In this document: one piece after another, positions 14,235 through 24,497 of the stretch
Position numbering within the stretch: position 1 is the stretch's first letter
How the letters are laid out: each line of letters opens with the position of its first letter
NCBI GenBank assembly: GCA_051942245.1
Contig: JAVECL010000216.1
Coordinates: 1 to 35,274 of the forward strand
Origin: Trypethelium eluteriae
Lineage: Eukaryota
Direction: 5' to 3'
Length of the DNA: 35,274 bases
Program-made: the position numbers and the translations under genes
Notes under the pieces: model-generated
Database searches by the model: none
Told to the model about the DNA's origin: nothing
Seen by the model: the letters and a program-made list of their open reading frames with translations, nothing else

Positions 14235-15164
14235 ATGCCCACCTCCAAGGCCGTCCTTCTTCTCACCCTCACCCTCGCTTCGTCATGGGCTGTTGCGCTT
14301 CCCGCGACTAGAGGCATGAACACTGACATCGATCCCATCACGTCTCCGGGCCCTGTCGGCGGTCATACACATAGCCCTCCAAAGAAACGTGAGACGACCG
14401 ACCCTATCCAGTCCCTAGATCCTATCCACAAACTTCCCATCGTCAGCTCAGGTCATCCAAGTCTCAACCCACGCAATCCATATGAACAGAATGACGAAGA
14501 CATCTCTGCCAGCCCAGGGCTGCAGTTCGAAGTCACCTCACCCTCCAAATCAGATACCGGCGATGGTACAGATTTGGGTGTGCACGAAGATACGGTCTAT
14601 CTCCACCCGGATCTCGTCAATGGGACCCAAGACAATCCCCCCGAAAAGCGCTGGGACAATGTCGAAGAATTTGTCGATCACGCATATGACCCAGCGCAAG
14701 CAACAACTCAATATCTTGCAATCGTCACTGCAGCGCCTGACTCTACTAACGGTCCGCTGGGAAAGCGCCAAATTATTATCGGCCACACACACTTCTCAAC
14801 AACCCTGAGAGCTGCAGTCGCTACTGCTGCTCCTGGCTCCGCTGACGGCTGGCTTGAGAAACTCCAGAACGGTATTGTCAAAGGCCACACACGCATTTCC
14901 ATCAACCCGAAGCGCGCAGGAGCTACTGCTACACCTGACTTCATTAACAGCTGGGATGAGGTTTCGCTGGGGAAGCATGAGGACGGTAACGGGGATAAGA
15001 CGGGCAGTGGAGTGCACGGCGATGCAGAAGATAGCAACCCCGTCATCTCTCCACGAGTCGACAGCGGTGATCCACTAGGAAAGTGGAATGATGATGCAGA
15101 TATGCTTGGTAGCTTTGGAAAACGTCAAGGTAATTCAGATTGTACACTGAGTACATGTGATTGA
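14235..15164 (+). CDS. Secreted precursor (309 aa) with multiple Kex2 (KR) sites and internal repeats; KEP-like
   Basis: CAACATG start, signal peptide MPTSKAVLLLTLTLASSWAVA, five KR dibasic sites (KKR, EKR, GKR, PKR, GKR), and repeated TAAP..L(G/E)K(R/L)Q..I..GHT units. Confidence 0.75.
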   Translation: MPTSKAVLLLTLTLASSWAVALPATRGMNTDIDPITSPGPVGGHTHSPPKKRETTDPIQSLDPIHKLPIVSSGHPSLNPRNPYEQNDEDISASPGLQFEVTSPSKSDTGDGTDLGVHEDTVYLHPDLVNGTQDNPPEKRWDNVEEFVDHAYDPAQATTQYLAIVTAAPDSTNGPLGKRQIIIGHTHFSTTLRAAVATAAPGSADGWLEKLQNGIVKGHTRISINPKRAGATATPDFINSWDEVSLGKHEDGNGDKTGSGVHGDAEDSNPVISPRVDSGDPLGKWNDDADMLGSFGKRQGNSDCTLSTCD

Positions 15165-15534
15165 GGTTCTGGAGCAGACTTGCCTACCTCCGTTTGGAGT
15201 TTCGACGAGAAACTAATGAAGTTTATATACTTATATTTTCGTTGACCGAAGCGGCGAAGCAGCTACCAGAGAGCCTCCCTCAGTCTTTCTATAAGCGATG
15301 CATTGAATATAACGTGGCTGTTGTGGTTGTTGTTGTCATTCAGCTGCAATGCTGTTCCGCAGCGCTGAGTGCACAAGCGGCGACAATCGATTGGAAGAGT
15401 CCAATGTAGCAAATAATTTATGCACAAATCTATTTGCAAAAAGCGATCTTGATGGTAATCTTCAAGCAATTTTAGGCCTGCCATGGTTTGTCCTGAACAA
15501 GGCAAGCGCCAAAATCAGTGCGGACTTCATTTCA

Positions 15535-15556
15535 TCTCGTCTCGTCTCGTCTCGTC
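15535..15556. repeat. (TCTCG)4 microsatellite
   Basis: TCTCGTCTCGTCTCGTCTCGTC read directly from the sequence. Confidence 0.85.
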
Positions 15557-16340
15557 CCGATCCGCACGGAGACCGCCAGAGGTTGTGTAGAGTACTGCCA
15601 CGAGTTTTGATAGGCTGCTCCAAGCTCTGTTTAATAGATTGTACCTTCTTCGCCGACGAGTGCAGAGCCCAGTCTTGTAGAGCGGGCTTGGATGATAATG
15701 AAGCGATTGACCAATGAACCTGCGGCCAAGACCATTGCATCCAGCCTCCGAAGGATGGGTGCAGTCGTCAGCTTGCATACCACGCGTCTCCCCCCACCTC
15801 CGATTCTCATCCATCAGCTTCCAAGCTTTGGCGGTGGCTCATACCGCGCAACTGACATCATAGGTACTTGAACATACTTTTACTTTGTCGCCAACCTGCT
15901 CATGGTCGTGGTTTTGGTCCATGAACGTAGCGGCAGAATTGCTTCTTTGTATCAATTATTAATCACTGCACCGCCTCCTTGCTGTAGCGAAGGGCGAAAA
16001 ATGGGCTCGGGAGCTCATTCTCATTCGTTTCCACCCTCTCGCACTTTTCTCTACTTGAAAGCATGCACCTCTTCTCTTTCGTCGCTTCATGATGTCCTTC
16101 GGCTCTTAACGCGTCAACGTCCGCGAATAAGAAATTGTGTTCTGGACATTAGAGATTAGCGGTATCCTTGCTCAAAAATCTCCTAAGTCGCTACTCTGAG
16201 ACGCGCGTGTTTTTTGGTATTTGTCCAACTTTCAGGTTTGGCTTGCAAGGAAGCATCGGATTTTGAGATGATCACCCTGCATCTGTACGTCTAGCGCTAT
16301 ACGACATACGAGCAACCATTGTCCGAACCGCAACATTTCA

Positions 16341-17795
16341 ATGCTTCTCGGAGACAATCCATCACGCGGATTTAATACTCAAATGCGATCCCACGTGAGC
16401 ATGCCGTCAATCCGATCGTCTTCTGCTCTTACATCTCGTGTCCCTCGCCGCAGCCGTCCTCCTATAATTCTGGAGCTTTTAATCATCGGCTTCAAGACCA
16501 TATCATTGCTCTTGATCTTCTCAATTCTGCTATGGGCGCTCATCAATTACGGCGAAAAGTTGCCGCAGGAGACTAATGCAGAGTGCAATGATCGATCCCA
16601 GCAGATGATTGGATTTGAGGGCGACTCAGACTTTTACGGCCTCGGTATTCGTCTTGGTTTATACCTACAGTGGGCTTCGTCATTCCTTACCAACTGCTTC
16701 ACGCCTACCGAACGTGAGCCTGTCATTGTGACATACGTCATTTTCAGTTTATCGATTACGATCGCCATTCTAGTCAAAATCTTCACTCAGCAATGCTCGT
16801 TTGTGGCCGAAATCTTCGTTGTATTAACGATGTTCTGGGGTGGTCTGAATATCCTCGTGGTACCAATGGCTCAAGGCACGACATGGGATCCGATAGCGGA
16901 ATTGGGCGTTCGTGAGGGCATCCTCAAGGCATTTCAGTGCTCTCAATGACTGAAGTGGTTTTTCAGTCTATTGAATTTCGTGATGTCGCCCATTACCGTC
17001 TGGTTCTGGGGACGCTTAGCTGCAGTAGGCGAAAGAGATTTTGCGCCAACACCAGGAAACACGTCGCTGTTCTTTTTTGCACGCATTCAAGAGCACGGTT
17101 TCAAAGGTCTCAGCATTTTTATGACGATCGGCTCTGCATTCAACTTCTTATGGTTCCTTTACAGATTCTTCCCATTAAGACTGAACCCTTTTCTTGAAGA
17201 TGACAGTGTCGAAACGTATCTGGCGGCTACTATTTGGTATCCTGTGTACTTCATCATTCTACCGATTTGGTTCTTGCATGAGATGGTGTCAATACTATTA
17301 TTGAGCCTGGTCGCAGGCTTGTCAATCGTCGTCCAAGTAATGCTGCGGATGGTGTTCAGGAGAAAAAAGTTCAAGGATGTTAAAAATCCTGTTGGCGAAG
17401 ATTCGCCCTCCAATGGAGATGGATCAGATGAAATGACTATGGCCAGGTAATATATCTTTGCTCCGCCTGTGGCGTTTCATGACTAAATTTACTCCAGATT
17501 TGAAAGTGGGCTACCTCTGCTCATCAGTGTATGGTGTATTGTTGGTATTGAGCTGACACTGCGCTGGAATTTGGTGACTGGAGTCTACAGTGTTAACAGC
17601 ACGGGCCAAGTGATTTCATTTGTCACTGGTCTGGGAGCGTTTGTAGTCTCGCTTTGGAAAGGGGTCAAACACGTAATGCCTAGCGACGAGAGCGCCAATG
17701 GAAATGGCGACGTTGAACTGGATGCAAACGAGGGGCAGAAAGAGAGTGCCTCTGTATCGGAGGATGCCGAGAACTGCAATGATACATCGGATTAG
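16341..17795 (+). pseudogene. Multi-pass membrane protein of an uncharacterised fungal family, with an in-frame TGA at 16947-16949 (pseudogene or recoded); intron 17447-17497
   Basis: Family-like motifs GDSDFYGLGIRLGLYLQW and IELTLRWN..GV..VNSTGQVI. ORFs 16341..16949 and 16971..17450 share one frame. GTAATA..CTAAA..CAG splicing joins the last exon in frame. The start codon is uncertain (16341, 16383 or 16401). Confidence 0.7.
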
Positions 17796-18353
17796 GTTTT
17801 CTTCGAGTTCTTTCATCTAGAGGCTTCGGTCTCCACACCGTGATCATGAGAAGTTAATGATTTGCTCACAGTCTGTATTGACTGAAGGAGCGGCGTTAAA
17901 ATAAGTTCAGCTTTCGTGTTCGGATCTACAGCGTGACATTATCAGCTTTTTGCAAATGAAACGTTTGTTCAATTACGCGCTGCCTACATGCAAACCTCAG
18001 AATGAACTGCACTTGCCATCTTGACACTTCATGAGCGGCCAGTAGTCTTAGATCAATAGCGTCTTGTGAATGCGACAGGAACAAGCTATTCTCTCAGATT
18101 AAAGGACTGTCCGTCAGATTCTCAGCTTGGATATTCGGGGTTTGCGGCAAGGACCAGTATTAAGATAGACGGCAACGTTTCCTATATGAGATTTATCATA
18201 GCTTAATTAGCTTTTAAGGCGGCCTCGAGGCTTACATGGACAATTGTACAAAACTATTCTTCAAACGGAATTTATTAATGTGTCTTAGTCGATCAGATTA
18301 AGGACAATCACTCATGGAGAATGTCAGCGGAAAACCGACCGACGCAAACTCCG

Positions 18354-18461
18354 ATCACGAGGGATCAGGCCGTCATAAATCAGCTTGAACTCCGACTACT
18401 AGTAATTATAAACGTCCGGTTTGGTTAAGACCATGGTCATTGTACACCCTAACTCCTCCAA
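18354..18461 (+). repeat. Dispersed direct repeat, copy 2 (C->T/G->A enriched relative to copy 1)
   Basis: Aligns with 13314-13417 with a 4-nt insertion. Confidence 0.9.
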
Positions 18462-18499
18462 TTGCAACACAGCGTCCTAAGGAAACGCCAAACAGCAGA

Positions 18500-20443
18500 T
18501 CATAGCTCTCGCTTTCTCTTCCGGTAGGGAATATCTTCGCGCACGTAACTGACTGAGGCACCGTCTTCCATATTATAGTCTTCATCCGCAGAATCGTCTC
18601 GAGCATAATGGGTATAGTCACCAGTCACAGGGTCTTGGCTCGGGATGCGAGACCAGTTGGACTTCTTGGATTTCGGTGCTGTCGATGGAGGAATCAGATG
18701 ACGGTTGACTGCGATGTCAGGTCTCATGGCCTGGCTACATTCCTTCGCGAACTCACTGGTCATTCCCTTGAATTTTCGACGTGAGTTGGGAGAGCTCATT
18801 GGCGGAGCCACTGTCTCCGTGGTATGGGATGGGCTTGGAGTAGTAGGCGGGCCTTGCCTTATTTCTCCGAGCGCCTCCCTTGGATCCTCCCGCTGAGGTC
18901 GATAGTCTCTTGAGGTCCTGTGAGCTTGCTCCAGAAGGCTCAGGAGATGATTGTTTAAAGCTGGACGGGACTGACCATAAGCCTGGAATTCTGGCCGCAA
19001 CTCAACGCAGCTCAGTTTCAATTTCTTTGGTTTAGACTGTAGTCGATTACCAGATTCATCGCACATATGGGAGCGTAGACGCATATTTTTGTTCGTGCAG
19101 ATCCAGGCCACAACTGCATTCTTACGTCTTCCGTTTCCCGGCAAGGATTCTTTTGACCGGCCAATCAACCACCATGGTTCGCTCGGATCCTTTTGCCGTT
19201 CGCCTCGGAGGACTGGAGGAATAGGCAGCTGTTTCTTACCCTTCTGTGCAGGTTGCGTCACTTCGCGGTTGGTAGTGCAAGTCTTTGCAGAAGGACTGGG
19301 AGGGGCCTGCGACGGAGATGGGTGACCTGCCATCTCTGCACCTGATCGCGCTCCGTCCACGGACTTCGTTCCCTTTAAGATTACTTCAAGCTGCATAAAA
19401 AGTCGCGGTAGGCGATCACCACCAAATTGACCCTGAGTTACATAGTCCCCGAGACGACGATCGGTCGTGAAGGCAGTAAGCGTTTTCTCATCTGAACCGA
19501 TCCAGATCTTTATATCGCCTGGCTCCAAGGATTGACGCATGCTTCCGTTCTGAGGTAATAATCTATTGACTACCTTTTTGGCCCAGGATTGGAGGTTCCG
19601 ATAGGTCATCGCATTTGGTAGGGTAAATTGACGAACTGCATTAGGCTGGAGAGCTGACTTCTGAGGAAGGCCTTTGAAGGTTAATCCGACAATAGACTGA
19701 TCCCCGTACTCGGGCACCTGTCTTTTACCGTGTGGCTCAGTCCCTGATTGCCCTTTTTGCTGGTCCGATTCGTCCTCAGAGATGTGGTCCAGAAGGACAT
19801 CTAAAGCTTGAGGACTACAATGATTGCCCGCAGTCGATGGTTCACCCGTCGATGTCGTGTTACGCATTGTCACGGAACTCTCGCGTGACCTTGGTGATGG
19901 GGGGTTTGGACGTTGACCGAATAGATCAGGGCAGGTGGCTGACGGACTATCCATGAATGTGTACGAATTTTTGGAAGGTAAGTGAGGGTGAAGAGAGACA
20001 GGTGAATGATTTTCATTTATCCCGTCTTCGAGCTGAACAGGATCGTCCTTGGTTCCTTTGAACTCCGATTTGATGCTCACGGATTCTTGGATCGGATCAT
20101 AAAACCGGGCATACATCTCGTTGTTGTGTTTAGCAATTTCTTGCATAAAAGTCGGTTTCTGGTCGGCATCCCAGTAGGCATCAGGAATGCGGAGGCTCGG
20201 TCTTCTCCAGTCCCAAAGTAGCTTTAGGTGTAGCTGACGATCTCGTCTAAATACCTTGAACAGATGCTCCTTGAATTCCTAGAGAGTTGTCAGGAGGGTT
20301 TTGGTTCGCATACCATTCGCTATTTCCAAAGGACGTACCTCTAGTGTCGTCCAAGTGTCTTGTGCAATTTCATGAAAGTCCGTTGGCATATCGCAATCTG
20401 CAACCGCTATTGGTACAGACCTTGATATCGACTTCGAGGCCAT
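18500..20443 (-). CDS. Hypothetical protein (~627 aa); exons 20443-20339 and 20278-18500
   Basis: Intron 20338-20279 (GTACGT..CTGAC..CTAG) joins MASKSIS..WTTLE to EFKEHLF.., in frame with the 548-aa ORF. Mostly S/P-rich disorder with two ordered-looking segments and a basic C-terminal RKRKR. Confidence 0.75.
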
Positions 20444-21916
20444 TCTTCTTGGTCTACAGCGCCCACAGCACCTCGTATTCCTCTTCACTCAATCAGAAAA
20501 AAAAAAGGTAGCGTCTAAGAAAATTGGGGATGTGGAAAGACGAGGTCAAGAAGGCACCAACTACGTCAAAGAACTTCAGTAGTGAGTGTTTAGCAAGAAA
20601 ATTTGAAGTGCTCACACAATGTAGATAGTAGGTTATGGGTTGTGATCTGCTCCGCATCAGACCGGGCATCTCTCAGTGGGTTTATAGGTCTCTACTGTGG
20701 ACTACAGTCTAAGGTGCAGACAAACCAAGTCCTTTGTCGCCGTGCGGCACTGCCACAAATCCAGTAGGCCTCAATGAGCAACGTGCAAAGGCAGAGATCT
20801 GAAACCCTGTCCAATAAGAGGTACAGCCAGCATGCACAGGAGTGATGGTCTGCCACACCACATACTGTGCCACATGTTCTTTGGGGAACATTCAGTGACA
20901 GCTGCATCATCTCTGTTATGAGAAGGATCAACCCCAGAAGAATGACCGATGATGGTTGGCCAAAAGAGCATCGGAGCTGTGGCTGTGTTCGAAACTCAGC
21001 CTTGAGTTCTGTATCAAGTTCTAGTGCAGATAGAATACCGTGTGAATGCGTATATCAGGCATCGGTATAACTTTGATGAGCTTGCAGCCTTTGTGTATCT
21101 CCGGGCACACTTCGGAGAGCTTCAGCTTGCTTCGGTCATTGTTTGGGACCAGATGCGTCCGAGCGGGTGAAGCGAAACCCTTCCGAGAAGCACAAGCTCC
21201 TATTTCATATCATTGCATACGCACGTTGGCGCCCGCTGCACCTACCCGTCCTCCGTGTTTCAGTTTAAGGACCCCTCCCCCCACTAGAAAAGCAGGCACA
21301 CATTTGTAATGTCGTCAGACCCAATGAGGCTCTGCTCTTTCCTGTGGACCTGAAGGATTTCATGAAGCGCCGGAAGAGGCTGAAGGTAGTAAGAATGATA
21401 TCTTTCCTGTTGAAAAGGAGGGCCGTGCGGAACTGAAATGAGCTGCAGGGCCCGACTGGAGGACGAGGTGTGCCATTGTGGAACTCTTCTTCCCACGTCT
21501 GCCTACGCCAGCACCGTGCTTGTCTCAATAGCCTCTACTAGATTTTCCGGCTCCTATTGCGCCTAGAATCTAACATTTTGTGTGCGATCTATGTTGACAG
21601 CCAGCTGATTTAAGTAGGCACCAGGAAGTGTGAGACGATAAGCATATGGTCCCGGAGCTTTCTGACCAATTAGATAAGGGTTGTAGAAAATTGAAAGGTC
21701 CGTAAAGCCCAGTCTCGCATTAGGGAGCTCAGCACTCGCGGAGAGGTTGTTAATACCATATGAAGAGGAAACCAGAGTCAATGATAAGGGTAAGAAGGAA
21801 GCAACCCTTCAAAGGTGGGCAATGCAAGCATCATTCCTCTAAAAGTTACCCCTCCAAGTGATACACCAGCTGTTGGGCAGTCCCGCGCTCTGGCCCAGAC
21901 CGGAGCGAGCCAAATA

Positions 21917-22300
21917 CGTTCTGAATATGTTCTGAACATGCTGGAGTGACAGCTCCTGGTGGATGTCAACCGCCGTAGGGCTTTCTAGGGCGATCCAAGC
22001 GGACCAAAAGTTGTATCATCAAAACTAGCTTTCATCCCGTTCTGAACGTGTTCTGAATAAGTTCGGATGGAAGGCAAAAGGTATGCCCGCGTCGCCGTAC
22101 AGTGCCTTCTACGGTAATCCAAATGGACCCAACGCCCACGTACGTGGACCTCTTTCCATCCTGTTAAGAGCATGTTCTGAACTAATTGGAAGGACAGGCA
22201 AATGGTATACCAAGATTGCCGTAGAAGACGGTTACTGTGGTCCATGTGAACCAATTGCCCATCTTTAAACAGATTCAGAACACGTTCAGAATGTGTTCAG
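21917..22300. repeat. Three degenerate tandem units (~121-124 bp) capped by an inverted copy of the unit head motif
   Basis: Units start at 21917, 22038 and 22162 and share (GTTCTGAA)..TGTTCTGAA, GCCGTA and TCCA..G.ACC.A. Segment 22274-22291 is the exact reverse complement of 22040-22057. Confidence 0.8.
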
Positions 22301-22339
22301 CGAGGGTCAAGGTCGATGTACGTAAGACACAAGAAAAAC

Positions 22340-23829
22340 TCATCCTCTAGCGTGTTCGCCTGTACCCAGACTCTGCCTCAGTTTCGGAGGACGTGGTCTC
22401 TCTCCCTCACTGCCTGGTCCTGCGTGATTCTGTACATTAAGGTTTGGCTGACTCTTCATCGTCTTCAGTGTCTTTCCTGTCGAAATCTTTCTAGGGGGGG
22501 AGCGGAAAGTGAATTGATCCATTGGCAAAGCCGGTACAGGAGGGGTTTCCGTCGTTGATGAAGCATTGGATCTTGTCGAGCTCATTGCCCTCTTGGGGGT
22601 ACTTGGTCGAGAAGGTATATCATGATGCTGAATCGCTGCCACCGTGCTAGCTCTATGCTCTCTTAGCATCTCGCTGAATGCTGTTACAGCTTTAGCTTGA
22701 CTGTCAGCCAAGGCTTTCATCTGTGCAGTGTTCTGACGTAATGCTGTTTGCATCTGCTTCATGCTTTCTTCATGCCGTTCTGTCATTGCTTTCATTTGTA
22801 CGGCATTCTGATCGAGAGAAGATTGCATTTTCTTCAACGTGGATGTCAAAAGCTGTTCATTGGCAACGGATTGCGGCGATTGGGGTGGGGGCTGTTTCTG
22901 CGCGTGCGAGATCTGCTCGATACTGCCTTTTATCTGGTCTTGGAAGCGAACATTTTTCTCTCCTGTCTTCCTCACTTGCTCCACGCTTTGCTCAAGCGTT
23001 TTGAGTAAGCGCTCCTGTAGAGTGCTCTGTGTCTCAATCCTTTCTGCCAGCATGCTGACATGTTCTTCGCCCGCCATCTGTCTATCAACGAACGTCTGGA
23101 GTGCTTCTTGCCCCAACTTTTGACCCTCGGCTAAGGCACACATTTGTGTGGCCGTACTCTCCAGCGCTTCTTCCATCCTTTTCAACCCTTCCTCATATGC
23201 ATACACCTCCTGCTCTTGATCCTCGTCGGCAACGCTATCCCTACCCATAGAAAGTCTCTTTCCGACTGACGTTCCGGCAGATACAGGTTGTAGGTTTGCT
23301 CCCGCAAGTGGAAAGCCGCGCCCGTCTTGCAATGGCAGAATGTCGACCCCTCGTCCTGATGTGGAACTCGCGTCGCCGATTTGGCAATAGAACCATTTTG
23401 ATTTCAGATGCTCAAATTTCTTATTGGTCGAAGGTTTGTATGGGAAGGCGTCGCCAGTAAAAGAGAAGAACTGGGTAGCAGTGCGCTGGCACTGAGATGG
23501 GTATTCTCGCTGAATGAGCTTCCACCATTCGTCACAAGTTTCGACAGTGTCAAAAACCAGGATATATCGGGAGCCAGTAGGGTGTTCTGTCTGTAGGTTT
23601 GCGAAATCAGATTGGGGAGTCAATGGCTAAATTTCAGAGTACATACACGTCGCGCGTACGCGTAGAATAGATTGTTACTGGCACCAGACGCGGTGATGCG
23701 TTCTTGGAGCATGTTGGAAGATCCCTTACTTATTTCTTGCTCGGACAGCGCGTTGACTAGATAGGACTGTGAGCGAGGGGCTGCTTTCCCGCGCAGCGGC
23801 GAAGTAATGGCGTCAAAATAGGCAGACAT
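22340..23829 (-). CDS. Hypothetical protein (~477 aa) with N-terminal PH-like segment and long coiled coil; exons 23829-23647 and 23590-22340
   Basis: Intron 23646-23591 (GTATGT..CTGAT..TACAG) joins ..YAYARR to TEHPTGSRY in frame. YILVFDTVETCDEWWKLIQ resembles a PH-domain C-terminal strand-helix (inference). The Q/E/M-rich heptad region is coiled-coil-like. Confidence 0.8.
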
Positions 23830-24497
23830 CAGAATTGACCAAGCGTAGACGGCAAAGACATGACGATAGGGCTGGCAAATTATATGCGATAAAGCTACAG
23901 CGTCATCAACTTATTTTCTACGTTGTCCCAGATTCGAGGGGCCGCTGGGGTTCCCCGGGGGCGATCATGACGTTGACCTAACCTGCACCGCGAAACCGGG
24001 ACCTGCAAAGTATCTAGTCTTTTCAAATACATTACACTTCCCATGCATACCTTAAGCTATCCTGCATGCATGGCCTTTTCCTTATCGCTTTCCGAGTCTG
24101 TACTCCGTACTCAACTCCTTTGCAGACCGGATCGATGCTCCATTGTGGCAATTAGGCACTTGACGATCCAAAGCACCTCCTTGAAAATATACCGGTCTGG
24201 GCAAGATATGTGACGGTCCACCTTCAGAGTCCAGAGGAGATGGGATGATATCCAGGTAGTTGAGTACTTTGTATCTCCGTATTGGCTTGGTGTGGCGTAG
24301 AAGATGCCAGGCGGGTGATAGTTAACAAGGTCCCCGCGAAGTGTGGCGCAGGCTGGTGACGAGTACATTCAGGTACCGCCAGAACACCAACTCCTCTCTT
24401 CCTCACTTCCTGCCTCGCCCCGAGGCCCTACTTTTTCCTATCCTTCTCTTTTCCACCCTTGAACTTGGTTCGGACTCCAGGGATATTATTCAACGCA

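Noticed and set aside
15462..15530. Signal-peptide-like MKSALILALAL on the minus strand
   Set aside because: Stops after 22 codons, with no splice solution or downstream protein-like frame found.
14235..17795. Dikaritin RiPP biosynthetic cluster around the KEP-like gene
   Set aside because: No DUF3328/UstYa (HxxHC), tyrosinase or other tailoring gene is recognisable in the window, and the repeats are not near-identical cores.
6700..22300. Starship or other intact mobile element
   Set aside because: No tyrosine-recombinase captain, transposase, RT/integrase, TIR pair with TSD, or full LTR pair was seen.
21917..22300. CRISPR-like array or heat-shock elements
   Set aside because: Eukaryotic context, and the inter-motif sequences are homologous rather than unique spacers. 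The GAA/TTC spacing (1 and 4 nt) does not fit nGAAn HSE geometry.
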